A stretch of DNA of 40,000 bases from Pseudomonas fluorescens (lineage in GTDB: Bacteria; Pseudomonadota; Gammaproteobacteria; Pseudomonadales; Pseudomonadaceae): assembly GCF_902497995.1 (NCBI RefSeq), contig NZ_CABVII010000016.1:119158-159157 (forward strand), written 5' to 3'. Under the pieces are notes generated by a model, which was not told the origin of the DNA, made no database searches, and worked only from the letters and a program-made list of their open reading frames with translations. Below, piece after piece: positions 9,310-17,550 of this stretch (position 1 is its first letter; every line of letters begins with the position of its first letter). Position numbers and translations under genes: made by a program.

Positions 9310-9353
9310 GACCCAGGCGCTGCGAGCAGCTGCTTTGGGTCGTTTCTGCTCTT
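9310..9353 (+). terminator. Hairpin plus T-rich tail after the ABC exporter
   Basis: GACCCAG...TTGGGTC stem (9310-9341) followed by GTTTCTGCTCTTT. The inner pairing is imperfect. Confidence 0.45.
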
Positions 9354-9432
9354 TATGACAGGCAACAGTCGGCCACCCACGGACGTTGGGTCGCGCCTTC
9401 ACTCGGATATTCGTACTTCGGCTCCGCTCCGG

Positions 9433-10242
9433 TCAACGGACGTTATGCAATTCGAACTCGTCCAGATGTAGCTTGAGATAGCTGGCCTGCTGGTCGTTGA
9501 GTATTTTTCGCAGGTTCGCGGGGATGCCGAGGATCGCACGATCCGTCTCCTCGACCCGGTGTGAGATCAGCATCTTGCCGGTTTCCGGATCGAAAGTGAT
9601 CAGGTGCTTGTCGAAAAGTCTGTCGAGCGTGGCCATGAGCGGCAGACCATTGCATGGATCCAGGCGCTCGTCATCAGTGCTGTCGGCCCACGGTTTGGCA
9701 TGGCTCGCGATGAGGGCCGACTGGATGGTGAGGCTCGTCACCGCGCATTTGCCCTCCCATAATTCCAACATCTGCTTGCGATAAGTTCCCTGACCAAGCC
9801 GAGCTTGAATCAGGGTTTCGCGCTGCGTCGACTTGAGCCCCGGACGCCTGGCTATCGCCTCGAGATCAGCTTCGATTGTCTTGTCATTATCCAGAGGTAA
9901 GGGCGCGTCGGCGAAGAAATAGGCCGCTTTGCGAACTTGGGCGTAGTCGCAGTCGTTCCAGCGGGGCTCCCTCTGCTGTAACTGGTTATACCCGTCGGGC
10001 TTGCTGCCCGTCAGGCGCTCCATGAAAGACTCCATCCTGGCGACCAGTGGCTTGGTTCCAAGCGCTATCTGGTAGCCGTCAAGTGCTGACTTGATGTGAA
10101 GCCTTTCCCCTTCGGGGTTTGTCAGGCTCATATTCTTCTTGGTGGCGTCCTGCTGGTGCGGCTGGACGTGCTGAACACCCAACGCAGCGTTTAATTCATC
10201 TGCGAGTGCCCACACCTGTTCTTTAACTCTGGGCGTTTCCAA
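9433..10242 (-). CDS. HNH endonuclease (HNH_2-type C-terminal nuclease; N-terminal ~150 aa unassigned)
   Basis: 269-aa ORF. TTG start at 10242 with GAGGTG SD 4-5 nt upstream. The C-terminal half (RLGQGTYRKQMLELWEGKCAVTSL...IASHAKPW...NGLPLMATLDRLFDKHLITFDP) matches the HNH_2 / putative restriction endonuclease pattern as I remember it. Confidence 0.75.
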   Translation of the reverse strand: METPRVKEQVWALADELNAALGVQHVQPHQQDATKKNMSLTNPEGERLHIKSALDGYQIALGTKPLVARMESFMERLTGSKPDGYNQLQQREPRWNDCDYAQVRKAAYFFADAPLPLDNDKTIEADLEAIARRPGLKSTQRETLIQARLGQGTYRKQMLELWEGKCAVTSLTIQSALIASHAKPWADSTDDERLDPCNGLPLMATLDRLFDKHLITFDPETGKMLISHRVEETDRAILGIPANLRKILNDQQASYLKLHLDEFELHNVR

Positions 10243-10757
10243 CTATCACCTCAAATGGCAATCACCGCGATTGCGGCAACGTTGGGCATGATATCAAGGG
10301 CGCTACGCTCACACACGATCAGACGCGGCTCGGCGAATGGCTGTTGTACCTTGGAAGTTGCCGTAGATTTCACGATAGGTCGAGGGGCTGTTGTGGGTCG
10401 ATTTTTGCCTTTGGTCAACGGCAGCTTGGGGTCAACAGTTGCCGATCTGGTGGCACGCCGGATACTCGTCACATAGCACTGACCGAGTGCAGAAATCAGG
10501 CGTGCAGCAATGTTCGACCAAGCACATTAAACATCCGCGAAAGGTGCATGTTTAAGCGTCCTACTGCTTACTTCCTGAAAGCCACAAGACCTTGCGCCGT
10601 TGCCTACGGGTACGCCAGAATCCGCCGGCTTGTGCGCCTGTGGCCCGCTCGGTAACTTGATTCCCGTCACTGCCCATCAGTGATCGGGTTTAGCAGCCCG
10701 TCGTGACGAAGCGCATTTGCATCCGGACAGTCAGGTCATTTCATGCCTGCACTTTAT

Positions 10758-10831
10758 GGTAGCTGTGCGCAGGGCGCCCTCGGGCGCGCCGGAATCGTCT
10801 CCGCCGGTCTGCTAACCTGCACACAGCTGCC
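10758..10831. other. 74-nt GC-rich structured element (long terminal stem enclosing two small hairpins)
   Basis: GGTAGCTGTGCGCAGG (10758-10773) pairs with CCTGCACACAGCTGCC (10816-10831): 14 Watson-Crick pairs, 1 G-U and 1 mismatch. Inner hairpins are GCGCC-CTCG-GGCGC and CGCCGGA-N6-TCCGCCG. Function is unknown. Confidence 0.4.
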
Positions 10832-10890
10832 ACCCTACATTCGTTTAGCAGCGACTCGCTGACGGCTCCATGTTTTTGGAGCGTACAAAT

Positions 10891-11253
10891 ATGATCAAGC
10901 CTTCACCCAATCCGCCAGACACCGATCCGGCATCCCCCTACGAAAGCCCCGATTCAAACAAACCCAACGAAGCCGCCGAACGCGCCCTCGACTTCCACTT
11001 CCCCTCGACTGCCGACATCAAAGCCACCCCGCGCACACCCAGTACCCTGTTTACCGTGGACCCAAAGGCCACGACCGAAACCCTGGTAGTTTATCTGGTC
11101 GAGACACTGGCCTCAGTCGATGTGATGGTTCATCACCTGGTGGATCATCTGGACGGTGGATCGCGCAATGCGCTGCTGGGTATTTCCAATAGCATCACGC
11201 TGGCGGAAATCACGGCGAACCGAGTGCTGGATCAGATCGAATCACCCGCTTAA
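10891..11253 (+). CDS. Small hypothetical protein (Pseudomonas DUF6124/DUF3077-like)
   Basis: The ORF opens at ATG 10870. ATG 10891 has GGAG 9-10 nt upstream. The sequence MIKPSPNPPDTDPASPYESPDS...LFTVDP...ETLASVDVMV resembles a family I recall as DUF6124/DUF3077. This is not verified. Confidence 0.6.
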   Translation: MIKPSPNPPDTDPASPYESPDSNKPNEAAERALDFHFPSTADIKATPRTPSTLFTVDPKATTETLVVYLVETLASVDVMVHHLVDHLDGGSRNALLGISNSITLAEITANRVLDQIESPA

Positions 11254-11255
11254 GG

Positions 11256-11282
11256 AAAGCCCGCAGCTCGACTGCGGGTTTG
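11256..11282. terminator. Rho-independent-type hairpin after the small gene
   Basis: AAAG-CCCGCAG-CTCGA-CTGCGGG-TTTG. 7-bp GC stem, extendable with A/T pairs. Confidence 0.6.
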
Positions 11283-11296
11283 CGCAAGGCTGCTTA

Positions 11297-11521
<225 letters not shown>

Positions 11522-11610
11522 TCAGCCGAAGGCATCACCCGTACATTCAAGGAATGGCTAGCTACTCAGGGCTTGCCGGGGTTCAACGTCGAGTAACCCG
11601 TGAAGAATCA

Positions 11611-11646
11611 AAAAAGCCCGTACTTCAACCGAAGGCGGGGCTTTTT
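11611..11646. terminator. Bidirectional rho-independent terminator
   Basis: AAAAAGCCC...GGGCTTTTT with inner CTTC-AACC-GAAG. A-run and T-run flank the stem. It lies 27 nt downstream of the alcohol dehydrogenase stop. Confidence 0.75.
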
Positions 11647-11672
11647 GTCTGGCTGGCGTCACTTCACATCGG

Positions 11673-12821
11673 TTACATCGCGGTATGGAAAATCTGCTCG
11701 ATCTCGTCCTGATTGGCAGGACGCGGATTGGTGAAGCCGCAGGCATCCTTCATGGCATTGGTTGCCAGGATCGGGATATCGTCGGCCTTGGCGCCCAGTT
11801 CGGCGAGGCCGCTCGGGATACCAACATCCGAAGACAGTTTACGGATGGCGGCGATGGCCGCGGCGGCGCCTTTTTCCGCATCCAGATGCTGGGTGTCGAC
11901 CCCCATTGCGTTGGCGATGTCTTTAAACCGGGCCGGGCATACGCTGGCGTTGAAGCTGGCGACATGGGGCAGCAGGATCGCATTACACACGCCGTGGGGC
12001 AGGTCGTAGAAACCACCCAGTTGGTGCGCCATGGCGTGGACATAGCCCAGCGAAGCATTGTTGAAGGCCATGCCGGCAAGAAATTGCGCGTAGGCCATAT
12101 TTTCCCGGGCGGTCATGTCGTCACCCTGGGCGACGGCAGTGCGCAGGTTGCCCGAGATCAATTCCACGGCCTTGAGTGCACAGGCATCGGTGATCGGCGT
12201 TGCCGCAGTCGACACGTACGCTTCGATGGCGTGGGTCAGCGCGTCCATGCCGGTGGCGGCGGTCAGGCCTTTGGGCATGCCTGTCATCAGCGAAGGATCG
12301 TTGACCGACAACAGTGGGGTGACGTTACGGTCGACGATGGCCATTTTCACGTGCCGGACTTCGTCGGTAATGATGCAGAAACGGGTCATTTCACTCGCCG
12401 TTCCGGCGGTGGTATTAATCGCGATCAACGGCATCTGTGGCTTGGCGGATTGATCCACGCCTTCGTAATCACTGATGTGCCCACCGTTGGCGGCGCACAG
12501 GGCAATGCCTTTGGCGCAGTCATGGGGTGAACCGCCGCCCAGGGAAATAATGAAATCACAGTCGCTGCGACCCAGCAGCTCAAGGCCTTTCTCGACATTG
12601 CTGACCGTCGGATTCGGTTTGGCGCCATCAAACAAGGTGGAATTGATGTCCTGCTGGGCCAGAAGGCCGGCTACCTTGGCGGCCACGCCGGCTTTGGCCA
12701 GGCCTGCATCAGTGACGATCAAGGCTTTACGCAAACCATATTTGCGGATTGCCAGCATTGCGTCGTCGAGACTGCCAATGCCCATCATGTTCACGGATGG
12801 AATGAAGAAGGTGCTGCTCAT
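11673..12821 (-). CDS. Iron-containing (group III) alcohol dehydrogenase
   Basis: The ORF track gives 11673..12875. I moved the start to ATG 12821 (GAGGA SD), giving 382 aa. Fe-ADH signatures are [11 protein letters not shown] and [16 protein letters not shown]. It is FucO/YiaY/AdhB-like throughout. Confidence 0.92.
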   Translation of the reverse strand: MSSTFFIPSVNMMGIGSLDDAMLAIRKYGLRKALIVTDAGLAKAGVAAKVAGLLAQQDINSTLFDGAKPNPTVSNVEKGLELLGRSDCDFIISLGGGSPHDCAKGIALCAANGGHISDYEGVDQSAKPQMPLIAINTTAGTASEMTRFCIITDEVRHVKMAIVDRNVTPLLSVNDPSLMTGMPKGLTAATGMDALTHAIEAYVSTAATPITDACALKAVELISGNLRTAVAQGDDMTARENMAYAQFLAGMAFNNASLGYVHAMAHQLGGFYDLPHGVCNAILLPHVASFNASVCPARFKDIANAMGVDTQHLDAEKGAAAAIAAIRKLSSDVGIPSGLAELGAKADDIPILATNAMKDACGFTNPRPANQDEIEQIFHTAM

Positions 12822-13230
12822 GATAAATCCTCTTTTATTCTGGAGACCCGGAATCAGGTGAGGTCTTCTATTCATATCGCAGGCTGTGAGGCTCGTCTGA
12901 TTGTCATCATTGACGAAGTTCAGCGGGGGCGGTGCTGCATCAAGTGTTCAGGCGAACAGTGTTTTAAGATGCAGAGGTGAATGGGCCATCGCAGCCGGTA
13001 TCTTTTGATCATGGGTTTGAGCCTAACCCTATGACGCCAGACTGGAATGGTCCTTTAGCTTTCATTGGCACCTCCTTTAGTACTGGGAGGGAATGCGCCC
13101 CGCTCCGGCGTACAGTGGAACCGCATTCGGGTACCGGCCGGGCCTCCTCGGTGAGGCCCGCTTCGGGTGCCCTTCACGATCATCAGCGCCACCCTTCAAC
13201 ATTCATCCCCCCGCGCCATCTGCCCATCGC

Positions 13231-13247
13231 CGTTTCATATGCGAAAC
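13231..13247. promoter_or_regulatory. GTTTC-N7-GAAAC palindrome (weaker copy of the candidate activator site)
   Basis: CGTTTCATATGCGAAAC read directly. It is related to the perfect palindrome at 13354. Confidence 0.35.
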
Positions 13248-13353
13248 AAATCCGCTATTTCCCGCCATCCGGCGTTACCTGAAAAGTCACTGCGTGCTTG
13301 GGTTTTCCGGGCGTCGCGCAATCGATGGGCAATTTCGTGCCAAATAAGAAACT

Positions 13354-13373
13354 GCGTTTCATATATGAAACGC
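13354..13373. promoter_or_regulatory. 20-bp perfect palindrome GCGTTTCATATATGAAACGC; candidate enhancer (UAS) for a sigma-54 activator
   Basis: Perfect dyad read directly. Its centre is about 90 bp upstream of the sigma-54 promoter at 13449. The 11-mer AACTGCGTTTC recurs at 27847. Confidence 0.55.
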
Positions 13374-13448
13374 CAGAAATAACCTGAAATCTTCTTAAAC
13401 ATCTAATAACAAAGGAGTTTTTGACAAAAAACAAAACTCTCACAGCTC

Positions 13449-13464
13449 TGGCATTGTTCATGCA
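13449..13464 (+). promoter_or_regulatory. Sigma-54 (-24/-12) promoter TGGCAT-N5-ATGCA
   Basis: GG at 13450-13451 and GC at 13462-13463 have the canonical 12-nt register. It lies 44 nt upstream of the ABC ATPase start, with an AT-rich tract between the palindrome and the promoter. Confidence 0.7.
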
Positions 13465-13507
13465 CTAAACGTCGTATCACCTATAAAACAGACCAGAGAC
13501 CCTTCCC

Positions 13508-14359
13508 ATGGCTGTGAACGAGATGTACGCCGTCGCCCCTCAATGGACCAAGCCCGCTCCCAAGGACAATCCGGAGCCCACCGAAATTGAATTCCGCAAT
13601 GTCGGCAAATGCTTCCCGGCCAAGGGCAAGTCCGAAGCGCCATTCGCCATTCGCGAGGTGAACTTCAAGATTCGCCGCGGTGAAGTGGTGTCGATCATCG
13701 GCCCTTCCGGTTGTGGCAAGAGCACCATCCTGAATATGGGTTCCGGGTTGTATCGCCCGACCGAAGGCGAAGTCTTCGTCGGTGGTGAAGCCGTTACCGG
13801 TCCGGTCCGCCAGGTCGCCTTCATGCTGCAAAAAGACCTGCTGATGCCGTGGCGCAGCATTCGCCGCAACGTCGAACTGGGCCTGGAAATCCAGGGTGTG
13901 CCGGCCGCCAAGCGGCAGGCCGTGGCCAAAGATCTGCTCGATCGCTGCCACCTGCAAGGTTTTGCCGACCACTACCCCTTCCAGTTGTCGGGTGGCATGC
14001 GCCAGCGTGCTGCCCTGGCTCGCACCCTGGCCATCGATCCGCAGGTGCTGTTTCTCGACGAACCGTTTTCGGCCCTGGATGCGCAGACCAAGATGATCCT
14101 GCAACAGGACATGGCGCGGATGCTGTTCGACGAAAAGAAGACCGCGCTGTTCATCACCCATGACCTGATCGAAGCCATCGCCATGTCCGACCGGTTGCTG
14201 GTCATGAGCGCCCGCCCCGGCACCATCATCGAAGAAATCACCGTCGACCTGCCGTTTCGCGACAACCCGCTGGAGCGCCGCAAGCTGCCGGAGATCGGTC
14301 CGCTGGCCGGTCGCCTGATGGAACTGCTGAAAGTCGGCGAAGACACCGAACTGCATTGA
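13508..14359 (+). CDS. ABC transporter ATP-binding protein (NitT/TauT nitrate/sulfonate/bicarbonate family)
   Basis: Walker A GPSGCGKST, signature LSGGMRQR, Walker B LFLDEPFSALD. 283 aa. The SD is weak and an alternative ATG lies at 13523. Confidence 0.9.
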   Translation: MAVNEMYAVAPQWTKPAPKDNPEPTEIEFRNVGKCFPAKGKSEAPFAIREVNFKIRRGEVVSIIGPSGCGKSTILNMGSGLYRPTEGEVFVGGEAVTGPVRQVAFMLQKDLLMPWRSIRRNVELGLEIQGVPAAKRQAVAKDLLDRCHLQGFADHYPFQLSGGMRQRAALARTLAIDPQVLFLDEPFSALDAQTKMILQQDMARMLFDEKKTALFITHDLIEAIAMSDRLLVMSARPGTIIEEITVDLPFRDNPLERRKLPEIGPLAGRLMELLKVGEDTELH

Positions 14360-14398
14360 TCAACGCCCTTGTGGCCATCAACCTTTTCAGGAGTACTC

Positions 14399-15400
14399 AT
14401 GCTCAAGTCTCTGTTTCAACGCTTCAGCCAGGCCAGCGCCATTGCGCTTGGCCTGGGCATGGCACTCGCTGCCCAGGCACAGTCGACCGACGTGACTTAC
14501 TTGTTGCCGGCGCCGCCGAACCTGCCGGCGTTCGCGCCGTGGATCATTGCGCAGCAAAAGGGTTACTACGCCGCCCAGAACCTGAACATGACCTTCATCG
14601 CGGCCAAGGGCGGTGTGGACGTGGCAAAACAGATCGGTGCGGGTAACGCCATGCTCGGTGGCGCCCTCGGTGACACGCCGATTGTGGTACGGGCCAACGG
14701 AATTCCGGTGCGCAACGTCGCGGTGCTGGGCGCCGGCGGCGTCACCATGATTGCTACCAACGCGGCGCAAAACATCAATTCGATCACCGACCTCAAAGGC
14801 AAGACGGTGACCGTGATGTCCTACTCCGACACCACCTACTACGCCTTGCTCGCCTCCCTGCGTAAAGCCGGCCTGAGCAAAAACGATGTGAACATCCAGG
14901 CCGCCGGGCCCGCCGGTGTCTGGCAATTGTTCTCGGCCGACAAAGCCGTGGCGATGGCCAGCGTGCCGGACTGGGTGATCAACGCCGAAGAAGCCGGGGT
15001 GAAGATCAAGCTGATTCCGCAAGCGCAGATCTTCGAAAGCATGGCTCAGTCAATCCTCGCCTCCGACGATGCCATCAAGCATCACCCGGACATTGTTCGC
15101 GGCACGGTCCAGGCAACCCTGCACGGTATGCGCGACATCATTGAAGACCCCCGCGCGGCCGCCGTGACCTTTGCCAAGGCTGTTCCCGCCTATGCCGGCA
15201 AGGAAGATTCGCTGGAGAAAATCTTCAAGCTCTACGTCGAGCACGTCTATGCCAACCAGACCGTACTGGGCCGCATCGATCCGGTGCGCCTGGAAGCGGT
15301 CCGCCAGTTCTATGTCAGCGAAGGCATCGTCACCCAGGAGCCGAAGCTCGACGAACTGTACACCAACCAGTTCATCGACACCCAAACAGCCGCGCAATGA
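14399..15400 (+). CDS. ABC transporter periplasmic substrate-binding protein (NMT1/THI5-SsuA-like)
   Basis: Start moved to ATG 14399 (CAGGAG SD). Signal peptide ends ...LAAQAQS. The body is SsuA/NMT1-like (GYYAAQNLNMTFIAAKGG). Confidence 0.85.
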   Translation: MLKSLFQRFSQASAIALGLGMALAAQAQSTDVTYLLPAPPNLPAFAPWIIAQQKGYYAAQNLNMTFIAAKGGVDVAKQIGAGNAMLGGALGDTPIVVRANGIPVRNVAVLGAGGVTMIATNAAQNINSITDLKGKTVTVMSYSDTTYYALLASLRKAGLSKNDVNIQAAGPAGVWQLFSADKAVAMASVPDWVINAEEAGVKIKLIPQAQIFESMAQSILASDDAIKHHPDIVRGTVQATLHGMRDIIEDPRAAAVTFAKAVPAYAGKEDSLEKIFKLYVEHVYANQTVLGRIDPVRLEAVRQFYVSEGIVTQEPKLDELYTNQFIDTQTAAQ

Positions 15401-15428
15401 CGGCCAGTGACAACAAGGTACCGACACG

Positions 15429-16205
15429 ATGAAAAACCTCAATAACTCCATGCTCGGCAGCGTCGCCCTGCTGATCCTGTTCCTGGTGCTCTGGCAATGG
15501 GGCCCGGGACTGCTCGGCATGCCCGAGTTCGTCATGCCGCAACTGAGCCGCGTGGCCCAGGAAAGCGTGGTGATGTGGCAGACCGGTGGCCTGCTGCAGC
15601 ACACCTTGATCACCGCGTTCGAGATCATTGTCGGCTTCGGCCTGGGCGCCCTGCTCGGCGTGGCGATCGGCGTGTCGCTGGGCCTCTCGCCTGCCGCCGA
15701 GGCCATGCTGTCGCCGTACATCCTGGCGCTGCAGATCGCGCCGAAAGTCGCCTTCGCCCCGCTGTTCGTCATGTGGTTGGGCTACACCATTTACCCGAAG
15801 ATCCTGATCGCGATCCTGATCGTGTTCTTCCCGGTGATGATCAACGTGCTGTCGGCGATCCGCACCGTGGACCCGGACATGATCAACCTCGTGCGGACCA
15901 TGAACGCCAGCCGCTGGCAGATCTTTCGCCTGGTGGAGTTTCCTTCGGCCATGGCCGCGTTGTTCTCCGGCTTGCGCATTGCCTCGACCCTGGCCGTGAT
16001 CGGCGTCACCGTCGGTGAGCTGGTCGGCGGCAACCAGGGCTTGGGCTTCCTGCTGGTCGATGCCGAAGGCCAGGGCAATACCGCGGGCGTATTCGTCGCC
16101 ATCGTCATGCTGACGCTGATCGGTGTACTCGCTTACGGCGCGGTGGTCTGGGCCGAGAAACGCATTCTGCATTACATGCCAAAAGCCATGCTGAGTACTC
16201 AATGA
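15429..16205 (+). CDS. ABC transporter permease (SsuC/TauC-like)
   Basis: 258 aa with about 6 TM helices. Binding-protein-dependent permease loop (MNASRWQIFRLVEFPSAMAALFSGLRIA). Confidence 0.9.
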   Translation: MKNLNNSMLGSVALLILFLVLWQWGPGLLGMPEFVMPQLSRVAQESVVMWQTGGLLQHTLITAFEIIVGFGLGALLGVAIGVSLGLSPAAEAMLSPYILALQIAPKVAFAPLFVMWLGYTIYPKILIAILIVFFPVMINVLSAIRTVDPDMINLVRTMNASRWQIFRLVEFPSAMAALFSGLRIASTLAVIGVTVGELVGGNQGLGFLLVDAEGQGNTAGVFVAIVMLTLIGVLAYGAVVWAEKRILHYMPKAMLSTQ

Positions 16206-16969
16206 TGACGACCCTCACTCGTTTGCTCGAAGGCCGTCGCGTGCTGGTCACCGGTGGCGCCCGCGGCCTGGGTTACGCCTTCGCCCAGGCCATCGGCCGG
16301 GCCGGGGCGCAAGTGGTGATCGCCGACATTCTCGCCGAGCGCGTGCAGCAATCGGCCGCCGAACTGGTCGCTGAAGGCCTGGTCGTGCATGGCGTGACGG
16401 TTGACCTTGCGCAACCGGATTCGATCGACGCCTGCATCGCTGAAACCACCCGCTTGCTCGGTGGGTTGGACGGTCTGGTCAACAACGCGTCGATCACCAA
16501 TTCCGGCGGCAAGACCTGCGAAGAGCTGAGCCTGGACACCTGGGATCAGGTGATGCAAGTCAACGTGCGCGGCACCTGGCTGATGACCAAAGCCTGCCTG
16601 CCGGCCCTGCGAGCCAGCGGTCATGGTGCCATCGTCAACCTGGCGTCCGACACCCCGCTGTGGGGCGCGCCGAACCTGCTGGCCTATGTCGCCAGCAAGG
16701 GCGCGATCATCGCCATGACCCGCAGCCTGGCCCGCGAACTGGGCGGCGACAACATCACGGTCAATGCCATCGCGCCCGGCCTGGTGCTGGTCGAAGCCAC
16801 CGCCTACGTGCCTGAAGCCCGCCACCGTTTGTACAACGATCAACGGGCGATTCAGCGCCCACAACTTCCCGAGGACGTCAGCGGCGCCGTGCTGTTCGCG
16901 CTGTCCGACCTCGCCCGTTTCATCACTGGACAAACCCTGCCGGTCAACGGCGGGTTCGTCATGCCTTGA
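16202..16969 (+). CDS. Classical SDR oxidoreductase
   Basis: TGGARGLG cofactor motif, NNAS, and catalytic YVASK. ATGA overlap with the permease stop. Confidence 0.9.
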   Translation: MMTTLTRLLEGRRVLVTGGARGLGYAFAQAIGRAGAQVVIADILAERVQQSAAELVAEGLVVHGVTVDLAQPDSIDACIAETTRLLGGLDGLVNNASITNSGGKTCEELSLDTWDQVMQVNVRGTWLMTKACLPALRASGHGAIVNLASDTPLWGAPNLLAYVASKGAIIAMTRSLARELGGDNITVNAIAPGLVLVEATAYVPEARHRLYNDQRAIQRPQLPEDVSGAVLFALSDLARFITGQTLPVNGGFVMP

Positions 16970-16982
16970 TCAGGAGACTGCC

Positions 16983-17546
16983 ATGACCGATCTATCCGCA
17001 AACTTGAATGCACACGCTTCTTCAGAGCAGGCCACTGCGAAAAGCTGGGAACAACCCGCCGGCAGCGACCTTGAAAGCTGGATGCAAACCCGCATCGCCC
17101 GCTACGAAACGCGCAAGTACGACTGGAACGCACTGAAATTCCAGGCCGACTACGACCCGAAATTCCGCCGCGCGCAAATGCGCTACATCGGCACCGGCGG
17201 CACTGGCGTGAGCAGCGACATGAACACCATCCCGTCGGAGAACTTCACGTTTTCCACCATGGTGATTCCGGCCGGTCACGAAGGCCCGCCGCACCTGCAC
17301 ACCGACGTTGAAGAAGTGTTCTTCGTGCTGCGCGGCAAACTCAAGGTGGTGATTGAAAAGGACGGCGAGCGTTTCGAAACCATCCTCACCGACCGCGACG
17401 TGATTTCCGTGCCGCCCGGCGTGTACCGCGAAGAGATCAACATCGGCGATGAAGACGCGTTGATGTGCGTGATGCTCGGCGCGAAAAAACCAGTCACCCC
17501 AACCTACCCGCCAGAACACCCTCTGGCCTCGATCAAGCGCGGATAA
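16983..17546 (+). CDS. Cupin-domain protein
   Basis: Start moved to ATG 16983 (CAGGAG SD), giving 187 aa. Cupin motifs GHEGPPHLHTDVEEVFFVLRG and VPPGVYREEIN. Confidence 0.8.
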   Translation: MTDLSANLNAHASSEQATAKSWEQPAGSDLESWMQTRIARYETRKYDWNALKFQADYDPKFRRAQMRYIGTGGTGVSSDMNTIPSENFTFSTMVIPAGHEGPPHLHTDVEEVFFVLRGKLKVVIEKDGERFETILTDRDVISVPPGVYREEINIGDEDALMCVMLGAKKPVTPTYPPEHPLASIKRG

Positions 17547-17550
17547 GCCC

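Noticed and set aside
10251-10472. 73-aa GTG-start ORF ending 8 nt upstream of the HNH gene (a possible small partner protein).
   Set aside because: Its N-terminus is basic and low-complexity. Third-position GC is about 57 percent by my count, equal to that of the opposite-strand ORF. I found no SD. I kept the tract only as part of the coding-desert observation.
10650-10691. CTTGATTCCCGTCACTGCCCA resembles a tRNA T-loop/3' end, as expected at an island att site.
   Set aside because: There is no complementary T-stem or acceptor pairing and no CCA context. The segment is better explained as a simple hairpin.
13066-13081. TGGCAC-N5-TTAGT, a sigma-54-like -24 box on the plus strand.
   Set aside because: The -12 element lacks the essential GC, and it lies about 440 bp from the nearest plus-strand start. 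The site at 13449 is far better.
13329-13342. Minus-strand TGGCAC-GAAAT-TGCC that could serve the alcohol dehydrogenase gene.
   Set aside because: The GG-to-GC register is one nucleotide short of the strict sigma-54 spacing, and it lies about 500 nt from the start codon.
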